Source of the DNA: Bacteroidales bacterium
GTDB taxonomy: Bacteria; Bacteroidota; Bacteroidia; Bacteroidales; Prolixibacteraceae
Reading direction: 5' to 3'
DNA length: 34,835 nt
NCBI GenBank assembly: GCA_038209805.1
Contig: JBBQXI010000001.1
Location: 1-34,835, forward strand
Below the pieces are notes generated by a model. It did not search any database and was not told the origin of the DNA. It saw only the letters and a program-made list of their open reading frames with translations. Shown here piece after piece: positions 9,250 through 17,907 of the stretch. The number at the start of each line of letters is the position of its first letter. The first letter of the stretch is position 1. The translations under genes and the position numbers were made by a program.

Positions 9250-9293
9250 AAAAACAAAATTGGCTATCCACGCAAGAGTGAATAGCCAATTTT
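9250..9293 (-). terminator. Terminator-like hairpin right after the epimerase stop
   Basis: AAAATTGGCTAT/ATAGCCAATTTT stem followed on the minus strand by GTTTTT. Confidence 0.65.
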
Positions 9294-9296
9294 TAT

Positions 9297-10277
9297 TTAG
9301 TTATGTTTGTTATTTCCGCTGATCATCTGTTCTTTAATCCAGTCGTAGGTCTCTTTCATACCTTTTGCAAGAGGCAAAGTTGGTTCCCATTTCAACAGGT
9401 CAAGAATCATGGTGTTATCGCTGTTACGTCCACGAACGCCTTTAGGTGCACCCAGATCGTAAGTTCTTTTCAGTTTGATGTTGCCGATTTTCTCAACGAT
9501 GTCAACCAATTCATTGATGGAGACCATTTCGCTGCTTCCAAGATTCATTGGCTCAATAATGTCGCTGTACATGATTTTGAGGATACCTTCAACACAATCG
9601 GTAATGTACATGAAACTACGGGTTTGTTCGCCGTCGCCCCAAATGTTAATTTCATCTTTTCCGTATAATTCGGCCTCCAATACTTTGCGGCACATAGCTG
9701 CCGGCGCTTTTTCGCGACCACCATCCCAGGTTCCATGAGGGCCGTATACGTTGTGGAAACGAGCTACGCGGGTATTCACTCCGTAATCTTCACGGAAATG
9801 ACGGCACATACGTTCTGAGAACAGCTTTTCCCATCCGTATCCATCTTCTGCCTGCGCTGGATAAGCATCAGATTCTTTCAATCCGGGATTGTCAGTTTCC
9901 TGTTGTTTGTCACCATTGTAGACACAAGCCGAAGAAGCATAGAAGAAACGGTCGATGCCCAAATCTTTAGCAGCCATCAACAGGTGAGTGTTGATTAAAA
10001 CACTCAGCATACATTCAGCTTTGTGGTTTTCGATGAATCCCATTCCGCCCATGTCGGCAGCCAGGTTGAATACTTCGTTATATCCGTTTAATGCAGTATA
10101 GCAGTTTTCTTTGCTGTTCAAATCAAGTACAAGGTTATCTACGTCAGTGTGAACCTGATACCATTGGTTCATTGGCTTTTTATCAACGGCACGAACATCA
10201 TTTCCCATATCTTTTAACTTTCTGGTCAGGTGACCACCGATAAAACCACCAGCTCCGGCTACTACAATTCTTTTCAT
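9297..10277 (-). CDS. GDP-D-mannose 3',5'-epimerase (GME-like extended SDR)
   Basis: GAGGFIG, FNLAADMGGMGFI, FFYASSACVY (catalytic Cys), YGWEK (YxxxK), RFHNVYGP.GTW.GGREKAPAA.CRK and GVRGRNSDN. These closely follow plant GME signature blocks as I recall them. Confidence 0.85.
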   Translation of the reverse strand: MKRIVVAGAGGFIGGHLTRKLKDMGNDVRAVDKKPMNQWYQVHTDVDNLVLDLNSKENCYTALNGYNEVFNLAADMGGMGFIENHKAECMLSVLINTHLLMAAKDLGIDRFFYASSACVYNGDKQQETDNPGLKESDAYPAQAEDGYGWEKLFSERMCRHFREDYGVNTRVARFHNVYGPHGTWDGGREKAPAAMCRKVLEAELYGKDEINIWGDGEQTRSFMYITDCVEGILKIMYSDIIEPMNLGSSEMVSINELVDIVEKIGNIKLKRTYDLGAPKGVRGRNSDNTMILDLLKWEPTLPLAKGMKETYDWIKEQMISGNNKHN

Positions 10278-10435
10278 TTTATATGATTTAAATGTTAAAT
10301 AAAAATTTCAGGTTGGGCGATTAACCTTTGCCAACGTGTTGTAATTTAGTGAATAATGTATTTGATTTTGAATTATCCAATGCAAATATCGGTATAAAAA
10401 GCAACCACCCAACACGGTTAAATTCAATAAAATAG

Positions 10436-10461
10436 TGCAAAGGTTTGCGCAAAGGTTTGCA
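10436..10461. promoter_or_regulatory. Tandem LacI-type operator candidates
   Basis: GCAAAGGTTTGC occurs twice back to back (10437-10448, 10449-10460). It is near-palindromic and lies between divergent GME and lacI. Confidence 0.65.
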
Positions 10462-10491
10462 TTTAGAAAATATGCTGAGGAACATTTTATA

Positions 10492-10639
10492 GCCTCCCCC
10501 AACCCCTCCAAACGGAGGGGAGAACGAACCGGGGCATGATGATTATTGCTAAAAAATGGCTGATTCTAAAAGAGCAAAGAATTTAATCCTTTTGATCTTC
10601 TACCCCCTTCTCCCTCGGAGAAGGGTTGGGGATGAGGCC
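10492..10639. repeat. REP/MITE-like element with inverted GC-rich hairpin ends
   Basis: Left GCCTCCCCCAACCCCTCCAAACGGAGGGGA (10492-10521) and right CCCCCTTCTCCCTCGGAGAAGGGTTGGGGATGAGGC (10603-10638). The ends are roughly mutually inverted and each contains an internal hairpin. Confidence 0.7.
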
Positions 10640-10660
10640 TTAAATTCCTGAATATTCTGC

Positions 10661-10668
10661 TAGCTTTG
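10661..10668 (+). promoter_or_regulatory. -7 promoter element of lacI
   Basis: TAGCTTTG matches TAnnTTTG, 28 nt upstream of the ATG. Confidence 0.55.
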
Positions 10669-10696
10669 TAATTGAGAATAGCTTTTTTTATCGACT

Positions 10697-11716
10697 ATGC
10701 AAAAAGGTAAAAGTCACGTTTCTTTAAAAGATATTGCACGCGAAATTGGAGTTTCTATTTCAACGGTTTCCCGGGCTCTGAATAACCATCCCGATATTTC
10801 ACCTGAAGTGACCAGAAAAGTTCAGAAACTGGCAGCTGAGTTGAATTACACGCCTAATCCGCTGGCGATGGGTTTGCTCAAACAGGCTACTCGCATGATT
10901 GGTGTTGTCGTTCCTGATCTGGTTACTCATTTCTATTCATCGATTATTTCCGGAATTGAAGATATTGCAGAACAAAAAGGCTATTACATCCTGATTGCTT
11001 CGTCGAATGAAACGCTTCAAAAGGAGATCAAGGCCGTTGAAAACCTGATGAAAACCCGGGTTGAAGGATTAATTGTTTGCCTGAGTCAGGAAACAAAAAA
11101 CTACGATCACTTCGACCGCTTGATTAATAATAATATTCCATTGGTTTTTTTCGATCGGGTTTGCCGAACCGACGATGTTTCTTCGGTTGTGGTTGATAAT
11201 GTTGATGCGGCACAAAAAATCACGAAGCACTTTTACAAAAACGGATTCCGTCGGATTGCATACATTGCTGGTCCCGACCATTTGAATATTTCTCAGGAGC
11301 GAACTCAGGGATACATATCAGGATTAAAGAATTGTGGACTCGAATTTCGCCCAGAATTACTGGTAAAATGCAATTTAAGTTCGAAAGATGCGATTAAAGC
11401 AACGGCCCAGCTGTTGAACCTACCTGAACGCCCCGATGCTATCTTCGGAATAAATGATACAGTGGCTTTTGCAGCCATGAAAGAAATTAAACGACAAGGA
11501 CTTCTGATTCCGGAAGATGTGGCTTTGGTTGGTTTTACTGATGAATTTCATTCAACCGTTGTCGATCCGGCATTAACATCAATTACACATCCGACTTTTG
11601 AGATTGGACAGGAAGCCGCCCGATTATTTTTTCGTTGCATTGAAAATCCGGAGGCAAAACCAACCCAAGTTATCCTGAATACAAAGTTGGTGATTCGGAA
11701 ATCGTCGGTGAGATAG
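10697..11716 (+). CDS. LacI/GalR family transcriptional regulator
   Basis: VSLKDIAREIGVSISTVSRALN HTH, hinge YTPNPLAMGL and a sugar-binding domain (IPEDVALVGF, LTSITHP). Confidence 0.95.
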   Translation: MQKGKSHVSLKDIAREIGVSISTVSRALNNHPDISPEVTRKVQKLAAELNYTPNPLAMGLLKQATRMIGVVVPDLVTHFYSSIISGIEDIAEQKGYYILIASSNETLQKEIKAVENLMKTRVEGLIVCLSQETKNYDHFDRLINNNIPLVFFDRVCRTDDVSSVVVDNVDAAQKITKHFYKNGFRRIAYIAGPDHLNISQERTQGYISGLKNCGLEFRPELLVKCNLSSKDAIKATAQLLNLPERPDAIFGINDTVAFAAMKEIKRQGLLIPEDVALVGFTDEFHSTVVDPALTSITHPTFEIGQEAARLFFRCIENPEAKPTQVILNTKLVIRKSSVR

Positions 11717-11780
11717 AACTTCTGAATGAAAGCATTTGTTATTTCAGCTTGTAAATTAGTCATCTTAAAAAAGAATTACA

Positions 11781-12848
11781 ATGAAGTCACAACTCTTATC
11801 TCCGCTTAAAATAAAAGAAATCACGCTTAAAAACCGGATTACGATTTCGCCCATGTGTCAGTATTCTGCTATTGATGGATTTGCAAATGATTGGCATTTT
11901 GTTCATTATGGCAGTCGGGCAGTTGGTGGCGCTGCATTAATTATTCAGGAAGCCACCGCAGTTTCACCTGAGGGTCGCATTACGCCTGCCGATTTGGGTT
12001 TGTATAAGGATGAGCATATTGAGAAGTTGCAAAGCATAACCGCCTTTATTCACAAACAAGGTGCAGTGGCAGGCATTCAACTGGCACATGCCGGGCGCAA
12101 AGCAAGTTGTGCCACGCCTTCAGAAGGAAGTAAACAGCTTAAAGAGGAAGAGGGCGGCTGGACTACGTTTTCCTCATCCGCAGTTGCTTTTAATCCGGAA
12201 GATAATGCGCCACAAGAGTTGGATGCAAATGGAATCATGAAGGTAATTGCAGATTTTAAAGCTGCAGCGCAAAAGGCTCATCAATCGGGTTATAAGCTGA
12301 TTGAAATACACGCGGCACATGGTTATTTAATTCATCAGTTTCTTTCACCATTAAGTAACCATCGACCAGATAATTATGGTGGTAGTTTTGAAAACAGAAT
12401 CCGACTTTTGCTAGAAATTGTAAAAGAAGTACAAACAGTGTGGCCTCAAAACCTTCCGTTGTTTGTAAGGATATCTGCTACTGATTGGGCAGAAGGAGGT
12501 TGGGGCATTGATGAGGCGGTAATACTTTCAAAGATTTTAAAAGAACAAGGAGTTGATTTAATTGACTGTTCGTCGGGAGGAATGGTACCTCATGCAAAAA
12601 TTCCAGTTGGTCCGGGTTATCAGGTGGCTTTTGCTGAGCGGATAAAAAAAGAGACAGGCATCTTAACCGGAGCAGTAGGATTGATAACAGATGCACATCA
12701 GGCCGAAGAAATTTTAGTTAATGGACAGGCAGATCTTATCTTTATTGCTAGGGCATCTCTTCGGGATTCGTATTTTGCGCTACGTGCAGCGTCGCTTTTA
12801 GACGATGATATTGCATGGCCATTACAATATCAAAGGGCAAAATTATGA
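11781..12848 (+). CDS. namA: NADH:flavin oxidoreductase / Old Yellow Enzyme, YqjM(NamA)-like
   Basis: SPMCQYSA, GIQLAHAGRK, EIHAAHGYLIHQFLSP, GGSFENR and a C-terminal QYQRA. Confidence 0.85.
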   Translation: MKSQLLSPLKIKEITLKNRITISPMCQYSAIDGFANDWHFVHYGSRAVGGAALIIQEATAVSPEGRITPADLGLYKDEHIEKLQSITAFIHKQGAVAGIQLAHAGRKASCATPSEGSKQLKEEEGGWTTFSSSAVAFNPEDNAPQELDANGIMKVIADFKAAAQKAHQSGYKLIEIHAAHGYLIHQFLSPLSNHRPDNYGGSFENRIRLLLEIVKEVQTVWPQNLPLFVRISATDWAEGGWGIDEAVILSKILKEQGVDLIDCSSGGMVPHAKIPVGPGYQVAFAERIKKETGILTGAVGLITDAHQAEEILVNGQADLIFIARASLRDSYFALRAASLLDDDIAWPLQYQRAKL

Positions 12849-12926
12849 CCCTTGATATTCTAAAAATTGAGTTTTCAAAATCCCAGGAAGTAATTAAAAG
12901 TTATACAGTGTAAAAAAACTGAAGAC

Positions 12927-13274
12927 TTAATTTTCTTTTTTTATCTCTTCTAAAACGCTGCAAACCAATTCGTAGCTGGATTGGTATCGTTTGGTTCCAA
13001 AAAAACCTTCTGTCATTCGGCGTAAATCATTATAAATAGATTCCAATGATCTGGTGATCGTACACCTAAAGAGTTCAGCACATTGAGCACACGAGGTTTC
13101 TTGCAATTCAGAGGTTTTATAATAGGCTTCTTTTAAAGTTAAAATAGACATCGAATACTCCTTGTTTAGCAAAAAACTATCCGATTCGTTGAACCCTCTG
13201 TTTATTGACAAGCGGTGCTCCTGACAATACTTTCCCTCACGCATACATCTTACCATTTCAAACTTATCGCTCAT
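12927..13274 (-). CDS. Hypothetical Cys-rich protein
   Basis: 115-aa ATG ORF filling the gap, containing CQEH and CAQC motifs. Confidence 0.6.
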   Translation of the reverse strand: MSDKFEMVRCMREGKYCQEHRLSINRGFNESDSFLLNKEYSMSILTLKEAYYKTSELQETSCAQCAELFRCTITRSLESIYNDLRRMTEGFFGTKRYQSSYELVCSVLEEIKKEN

Positions 13275-13664
13275 GCTTCACGTTTTTTTCTAACGTAAAT
13301 AAACAAATTATTTTAATATTAAAGATCGGTTAATTTTTTTTCTTTATTTTTTTTATTAACCCAACAATGTTAATATTCAGCGAATTATGATAAGATAATT
13401 AATTGAAAATTTGCTCTTTTTTGCTCTTTCGGCTATTCTGTTTATTGCTTCTTGATGGGGTCTTTATTTGTTGTCGAAAGCGACTGAAATTACAACTGTT
13501 ATAGGGTTGGTCAAAAAGATAAATTTAGTAGTTGCCCATTATGCGTTTCAGAATAGTTGACATCAACTTGACAATCTACTTTCCCACAATTTATCAACAA
13601 TCCTTCTTTCCGGAGGTGAAATTGGTAACTTTACTTTCCTGAAATTTTAGTTTCAGAAATAGTT

Positions 13665-13672
13665 TACTTTTG
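13665..13672 (+). promoter_or_regulatory. -7 promoter element of dnaE
   Basis: TACTTTTG 15 nt upstream of the ATG. Confidence 0.45.
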
Positions 13673-13687
13673 ATTTAACTTGTTGGT

Positions 13688-16600
13688 ATGATTTCTTTTA
13701 CACATTTACATGTTCACTCACAATATTCCATTCTGGATGGTGCTGCTAGTGTTCGTGGGCTAATTTCTAAAGCCAAAAGCGACGGTATGACTGCCCTTGC
13801 GCTGACTGATCATGGCAACATGTTTGGCTCAAAAGAGTTCTACGATGTGTGCAAAAAGGAAGGAATTAAGCCCATTATTGGCTGCGAAACCTACGTTGCC
13901 GAAACTTCACGTCACAATAAAAAAGATGCGAAGGTCGATCGTTCCGGGTACCATCTTATTTTGCTGGCCAAAAACCTGGTAGGTTACCGCAACCTACTCA
14001 AGTTGGTTTCTGCCGCATATACCGAAGGTTTTTATTACAAACCGCGTATTGATAAGGAATTGCTTGAACTTCACCATGAAGGTCTGATTGTGTCGTCGGC
14101 TTGTCTGGGAGGCGAAGTTCCGCAGCACATTATGGCCGGAAATATGAAAGAGGCCGATGATACCATTCAATGGTTCAAATCTATTTTTGGAGAGGATTTC
14201 TATCTTGAATTGCAGCGCCATCCTTCCGAATTGCCCGAAATGAGGCAGAATGTTTACGAAAACCAAGTGTTGGTAAATGCTAAAATCCTGGAATTGGCTA
14301 AGAAACACGAGGTAAAGATAATCTGTACCAACGATAGTCACTTCATCAATCAGGAAGATGCCGATGCGCATGATTTGCTCATTTGTCTAAATACAGGTAA
14401 GGATTTGGACGATCCTACACGTATGCGCTACACCAAACAGGAATGGTTTAAGACCACTGCCGAGATGAATGCTTTGTTTGCCGACGTGCCTGAAGCTTTG
14501 GCCAACACGCAGGAAATCAACGATAAAATTGAAGCATACAACCTGAATTCTTCTCCTATCATGCCGGTTTTCCCTATTCCTGAAGAATTTGGGAAAGAAG
14601 AGGATCACCGAAGCCGGTTTACCGAAGCAATGTTAATTGAAGAATTCACCGAAGAGTGGTTTAAATCTATTGGTGGGTACGATAAAGTTGTTAGGGTTAA
14701 ATTTGAAGCCGATTACTTAGCGAGCCTTGCCTGGGAAGGGGCTAAACTGCGCTACGGAGAACCATTTTCGGACGATGTGCGCGAACGTATCGAATTCGAG
14801 TTGAGCACCATTAAAAAAATGGGTTTCCCCGGATATTTTCTGATTGTACAGGATTTCATTAACGAAGCTCGCCGGATGGACGTTTTGGTGGGACCAGGCC
14901 GTGGTTCTGCTGCAGGATCGGTGGTTTCATACTGTGTTGGGATTACCAACATCGACCCGATGCGCTACGATTTGCTGTTCGAGCGATTCCTGAATCCCGA
15001 CCGTATATCAATGCCCGACGTTGATATCGACTTTGATGATGACGGTCGCCAAAAAGTACTCGACTATGTAACCAATAAATACGGTGCCGACAAAGTTGCA
15101 CACATCTGTACTTTCGGTACGATGGCCACTAAATCTGCCATTAAAGATGTGGCGCGGGTATTGAAGTTGCCACTTCAGGAAGCCGACCGTTTGACAAAGC
15201 TGGTTCCGGACGCTCCGAAGATGAACTTTAAAATTGCTTTTAAAGATAGTCCGGAGTTGAAACAGGAACTGAATTCTCCTAACGAATTGATTCGTACAAC
15301 CCTGAAATTTGCACAGACGCTGGAAGGTTCGGTTCGTCAGACCGGGATTCATGCCTGTGGGATTCTGATTAGCCGGGATCCGTTGACCGACCATATTCCG
15401 GTTATGCCCACCAAGGACGACGATTTTCTCCTGACAACCCAGTATGACGGGCATTTTGTAGAAGACATCGGCCTTTTGAAGATGGACTTTCTGGGACTGA
15501 AAACTCTCTCCATCATCAAGGAAACCATTGAAAACATTAAGCTTTCGCGCGGAATAACCATCGATATGGATCATCTTCCGGAGAACGATCCGCTCACTTT
15601 AGAGCTTTTCAGTAACGGTGACACTACAGGGATCTTCCAGTTTGAGTCGCCCGGAATGAAAAAACACCTCCGCAACCTGAAACCCAGCCGTTTCGAAGAT
15701 TTGGTTGCCATGAATGCGCTGTATCGCCCGGGACCAATGGAGTATATTCCTTCGTTTATCAAGCGAAAACATGGTCAGGAGAAGATTGAATATGATTCGC
15801 CATTGATGGAACCTTACCTAAATGATACCTATGGAATTACAGTGTATCAGGAACATGTAATGCTCCAGTCAAGGGCTCTGGCAGGCTTTACCCGGGGTGA
15901 CTCCGATTCGCTTCGTAAGGCAATGGGTAAAAAGCTTATTTACATGATGGATAAGTTGAAAGTTCAATTCAAGGAGGGCTGTCTTGCTAATCCAAAATTC
16001 ATGGAAGGTTGTACCGCTGATAATAAGGAACCTGGCAAATTGATCGATAAAATATGGAAGGACTGGGAAGCATTTGCCAGTTATGCCTTCAATAAATCGC
16101 ACTCGGTTTGTTATGCTGCTGTAGCTTATCAAACGGGCTATCTAAAGGCACATTATCCGGCCGAATTTATGGCTGCCAACATGAGCCGAAACCTCAGCAA
16201 CATTACTGAAATCACGAAATTGATGGAAGAATGCAAGCGCATGAATATGAACGTTCTTGGTCCGGATGTGAGTGAAAGTTATGCCAAATTCACAGTAAAC
16301 AAAGCCGGTAATGTACGGTTTGGGATGGCTGCAATAAAAGGAGTTGGCGAGGGAGCCGTTCAGGATATCATCAAAGCACGGAAGGGTGGCGAATTCAAAG
16401 ATATTTACGATTTTGTTGAACGGGTGAACCTTCAGTCGGTAAATAAAAAGAACCTTGAAGCGTTGGCTATGGCCGGGGCATTCGATTCGTTCAACAAACA
16501 CACCCGAAGCCAATATTTTGCTCCTGACGAGAATGACCAGTCTTTCATTGAAAAGTTGACTCGCTACGGAAGTAAGATGCAATACGAAAGCAATAATGCA

Positions 16601-17329
16601 ACACTTTCGCTTTTCGGAGAAATCATGTCGAATCAGTCAGTCCAGAAGCCTGAACCTGCAATAGTTCCCGAATGGGCCGATTTGGTATTGCTCGAAAAGG
16701 AGCGAAGTTTAGTAGGCGTTTATCTGACATCGCATCCGTTGGATAAGTACAAAATTGAAATTAAAACTCTGGTTACTAAAGATGTGTCGTTTAAAGACCT
16801 GAACAACAATATTGAGCCATTGAAAGGACGCGAAATGACTTTTGCCGGAATGGTGACCGAAGCTCGTGAGGCGTTTAGCAAAAACGGGAAGCCTTTCTGC
16901 TACATGGTTTTAACCGACTATACCGATTCGTACAAGATGTTCTTTTTTGCGAAAGATTACGTCGAATTCGGTAAGTACTGCAAACCTGGACTTTTTCTGA
17001 TGGTTAGAGGTTCGGTTCAGAACCGGTTTGGCGGTGAGCAACTCGAATTTAAGGTGAATCGCGTAGAGCTGATGGAAGAAATACGAGAGAAGTATTTTAA
17101 AAGTATAACCGTTAAAATTCCGCTGCCATCTATTACCAATGGGCTTGTAACAGAGTTGTGCGACCTGACCTTGAACAGCAAAGGTAAGACGCTGCTTAAA
17201 TTTGATGTTTGGGATCCTGAAACAAAAATGATGGTGAATCTGTTTTCAAGAAATACACGGATCGAAATAACAGATGAATTACTTGCCTATTTTGAAACGC
17301 ATGAAGATCTTGCTTTTAAAATTAATTAG
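13688..17329 (+). CDS. dnaE: DNA polymerase III alpha subunit
   Basis: PHP domain HLHVHSQYSILDG, GPGRGSAAGS, LLFERFLNPDRISMPDVDIDF, LLKMDFLGL, YAFNKSHS and a C-terminal OB fold. No intein is apparent. Confidence 0.97.
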   Translation: MISFTHLHVHSQYSILDGAASVRGLISKAKSDGMTALALTDHGNMFGSKEFYDVCKKEGIKPIIGCETYVAETSRHNKKDAKVDRSGYHLILLAKNLVGYRNLLKLVSAAYTEGFYYKPRIDKELLELHHEGLIVSSACLGGEVPQHIMAGNMKEADDTIQWFKSIFGEDFYLELQRHPSELPEMRQNVYENQVLVNAKILELAKKHEVKIICTNDSHFINQEDADAHDLLICLNTGKDLDDPTRMRYTKQEWFKTTAEMNALFADVPEALANTQEINDKIEAYNLNSSPIMPVFPIPEEFGKEEDHRSRFTEAMLIEEFTEEWFKSIGGYDKVVRVKFEADYLASLAWEGAKLRYGEPFSDDVRERIEFELSTIKKMGFPGYFLIVQDFINEARRMDVLVGPGRGSAAGSVVSYCVGITNIDPMRYDLLFERFLNPDRISMPDVDIDFDDDGRQKVLDYVTNKYGADKVAHICTFGTMATKSAIKDVARVLKLPLQEADRLTKLVPDAPKMNFKIAFKDSPELKQELNSPNELIRTTLKFAQTLEGSVRQTGIHACGILISRDPLTDHIPVMPTKDDDFLLTTQYDGHFVEDIGLLKMDFLGLKTLSIIKETIENIKLSRGITIDMDHLPENDPLTLELFSNGDTTGIFQFESPGMKKHLRNLKPSRFEDLVAMNALYRPGPMEYIPSFIKRKHGQEKIEYDSPLMEPYLNDTYGITVYQEHVMLQSRALAGFTRGDSDSLRKAMGKKLIYMMDKLKVQFKEGCLANPKFMEGCTADNKEPGKLIDKIWKDWEAFASYAFNKSHSVCYAAVAYQTGYLKAHYPAEFMAANMSRNLSNITEITKLMEECKRMNMNVLGPDVSESYAKFTVNKAGNVRFGMAAIKGVGEGAVQDIIKARKGGEFKDIYDFVERVNLQSVNKKNLEALAMAGAFDSFNKHTRSQYFAPDENDQSFIEKLTRYGSKMQYESNNATLSLFGEIMSNQSVQKPEPAIVPEWADLVLLEKERSLVGVYLTSHPLDKYKIEIKTLVTKDVSFKDLNNNIEPLKGREMTFAGMVTEAREAFSKNGKPFCYMVLTDYTDSYKMFFFAKDYVEFGKYCKPGLFLMVRGSVQNRFGGEQLEFKVNRVELMEEIREKYFKSITVKIPLPSITNGLVTELCDLTLNSKGKTLLKFDVWDPETKMMVNLFSRNTRIEITDELLAYFETHEDLAFKIN

Positions 17330-17388
17330 GCTAATTTTGTGATGACTCTGAGATCTTTTACAATATTCACATATAAAAATATTTAAAA

Positions 17389-17706
17389 ATGGCTTTAGAA
17401 ATTAATGATGCAAACTTTGAAGAATTGGTTCTTCAGTCGGATAAGCCGGTTTTGGTCGATTTTTGGGCTGAATGGTGTGGACCATGTCGTATGGTTGCCC
17501 CTGTCGTTCAGGAAATTTCAGAAGATTACGCCGGAAGATTAGTTGTTGGAAAAGTTGATGTTGATAGCAATCCCGGAATTGCTTCCAAATTTGGAATCCG
17601 CAACATTCCAACCATACTATTTTTTAAAGATGGTGTAGTTGTAGACAAACACGTTGGTGCTGCTCCAAAATCAACACTTTCTACTAAAGTTGACGGGATA
17701 CTTTAA
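17389..17706 (+). CDS. trxA: Thioredoxin
   Basis: VDFWAEWCGPC and IPT cis-Pro motif, with TAATTTTG promoter element at 17332-17339. Confidence 0.97.
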   Translation: MALEINDANFEELVLQSDKPVLVDFWAEWCGPCRMVAPVVQEISEDYAGRLVVGKVDVDSNPGIASKFGIRNIPTILFFKDGVVVDKHVGAAPKSTLSTKVDGIL

Positions 17707-17723
17707 TCCATATTTTCAGGAAG

Positions 17724-17760
17724 AAAAGGCATAGGAAACAAAGGTTCTTATGCCTTTTTT
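17724..17760 (+). terminator. trxA terminator
   Basis: AAAAGGCATAGGAA...TTCTTATGCCTTTTTT hairpin with T-tract. Confidence 0.8.
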
Positions 17761-17790
17761 ATTTGTAGATTTGAAATGTATTCAAAATGT

Positions 17791-17884
17791 CCGTTGCCTA
17801 AAGGCGAACGGCAAAGGATACAGCCCGGAGGAACGTGAAACCATATTTATAACAATATCCTTTGCCGTCTGCTTTAGCTGACGG
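17791..17884. repeat. REPIN-like element (two inverted REP-like palindromes)
   Basis: Left CCGTTGCCTAAAGGCGAACGGCAAAGGATA (17791-17820). The right arm reverse-complements to CCGTCAGCTAAAGCAGACGGCAAAGGATA (17856-17884). Confidence 0.7.
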
Positions 17885-17907
17885 GCATGTGGAGAAATTC
17901 CTGATTC

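Noticed and set aside
11781-12848. Old Yellow Enzyme as part of the sugar pathway
   Set aside because: It is adjacent to lacI but has no mechanistic link. YqjM-type enzymes are common stand-alone genes.
14570-14720. Extra segment in DnaE after the PHP domain as a possible intein
   Set aside because: It is short, lacks Cys/Ser start and His-Asn end splicing motifs, and resembles a lineage-typical insertion.
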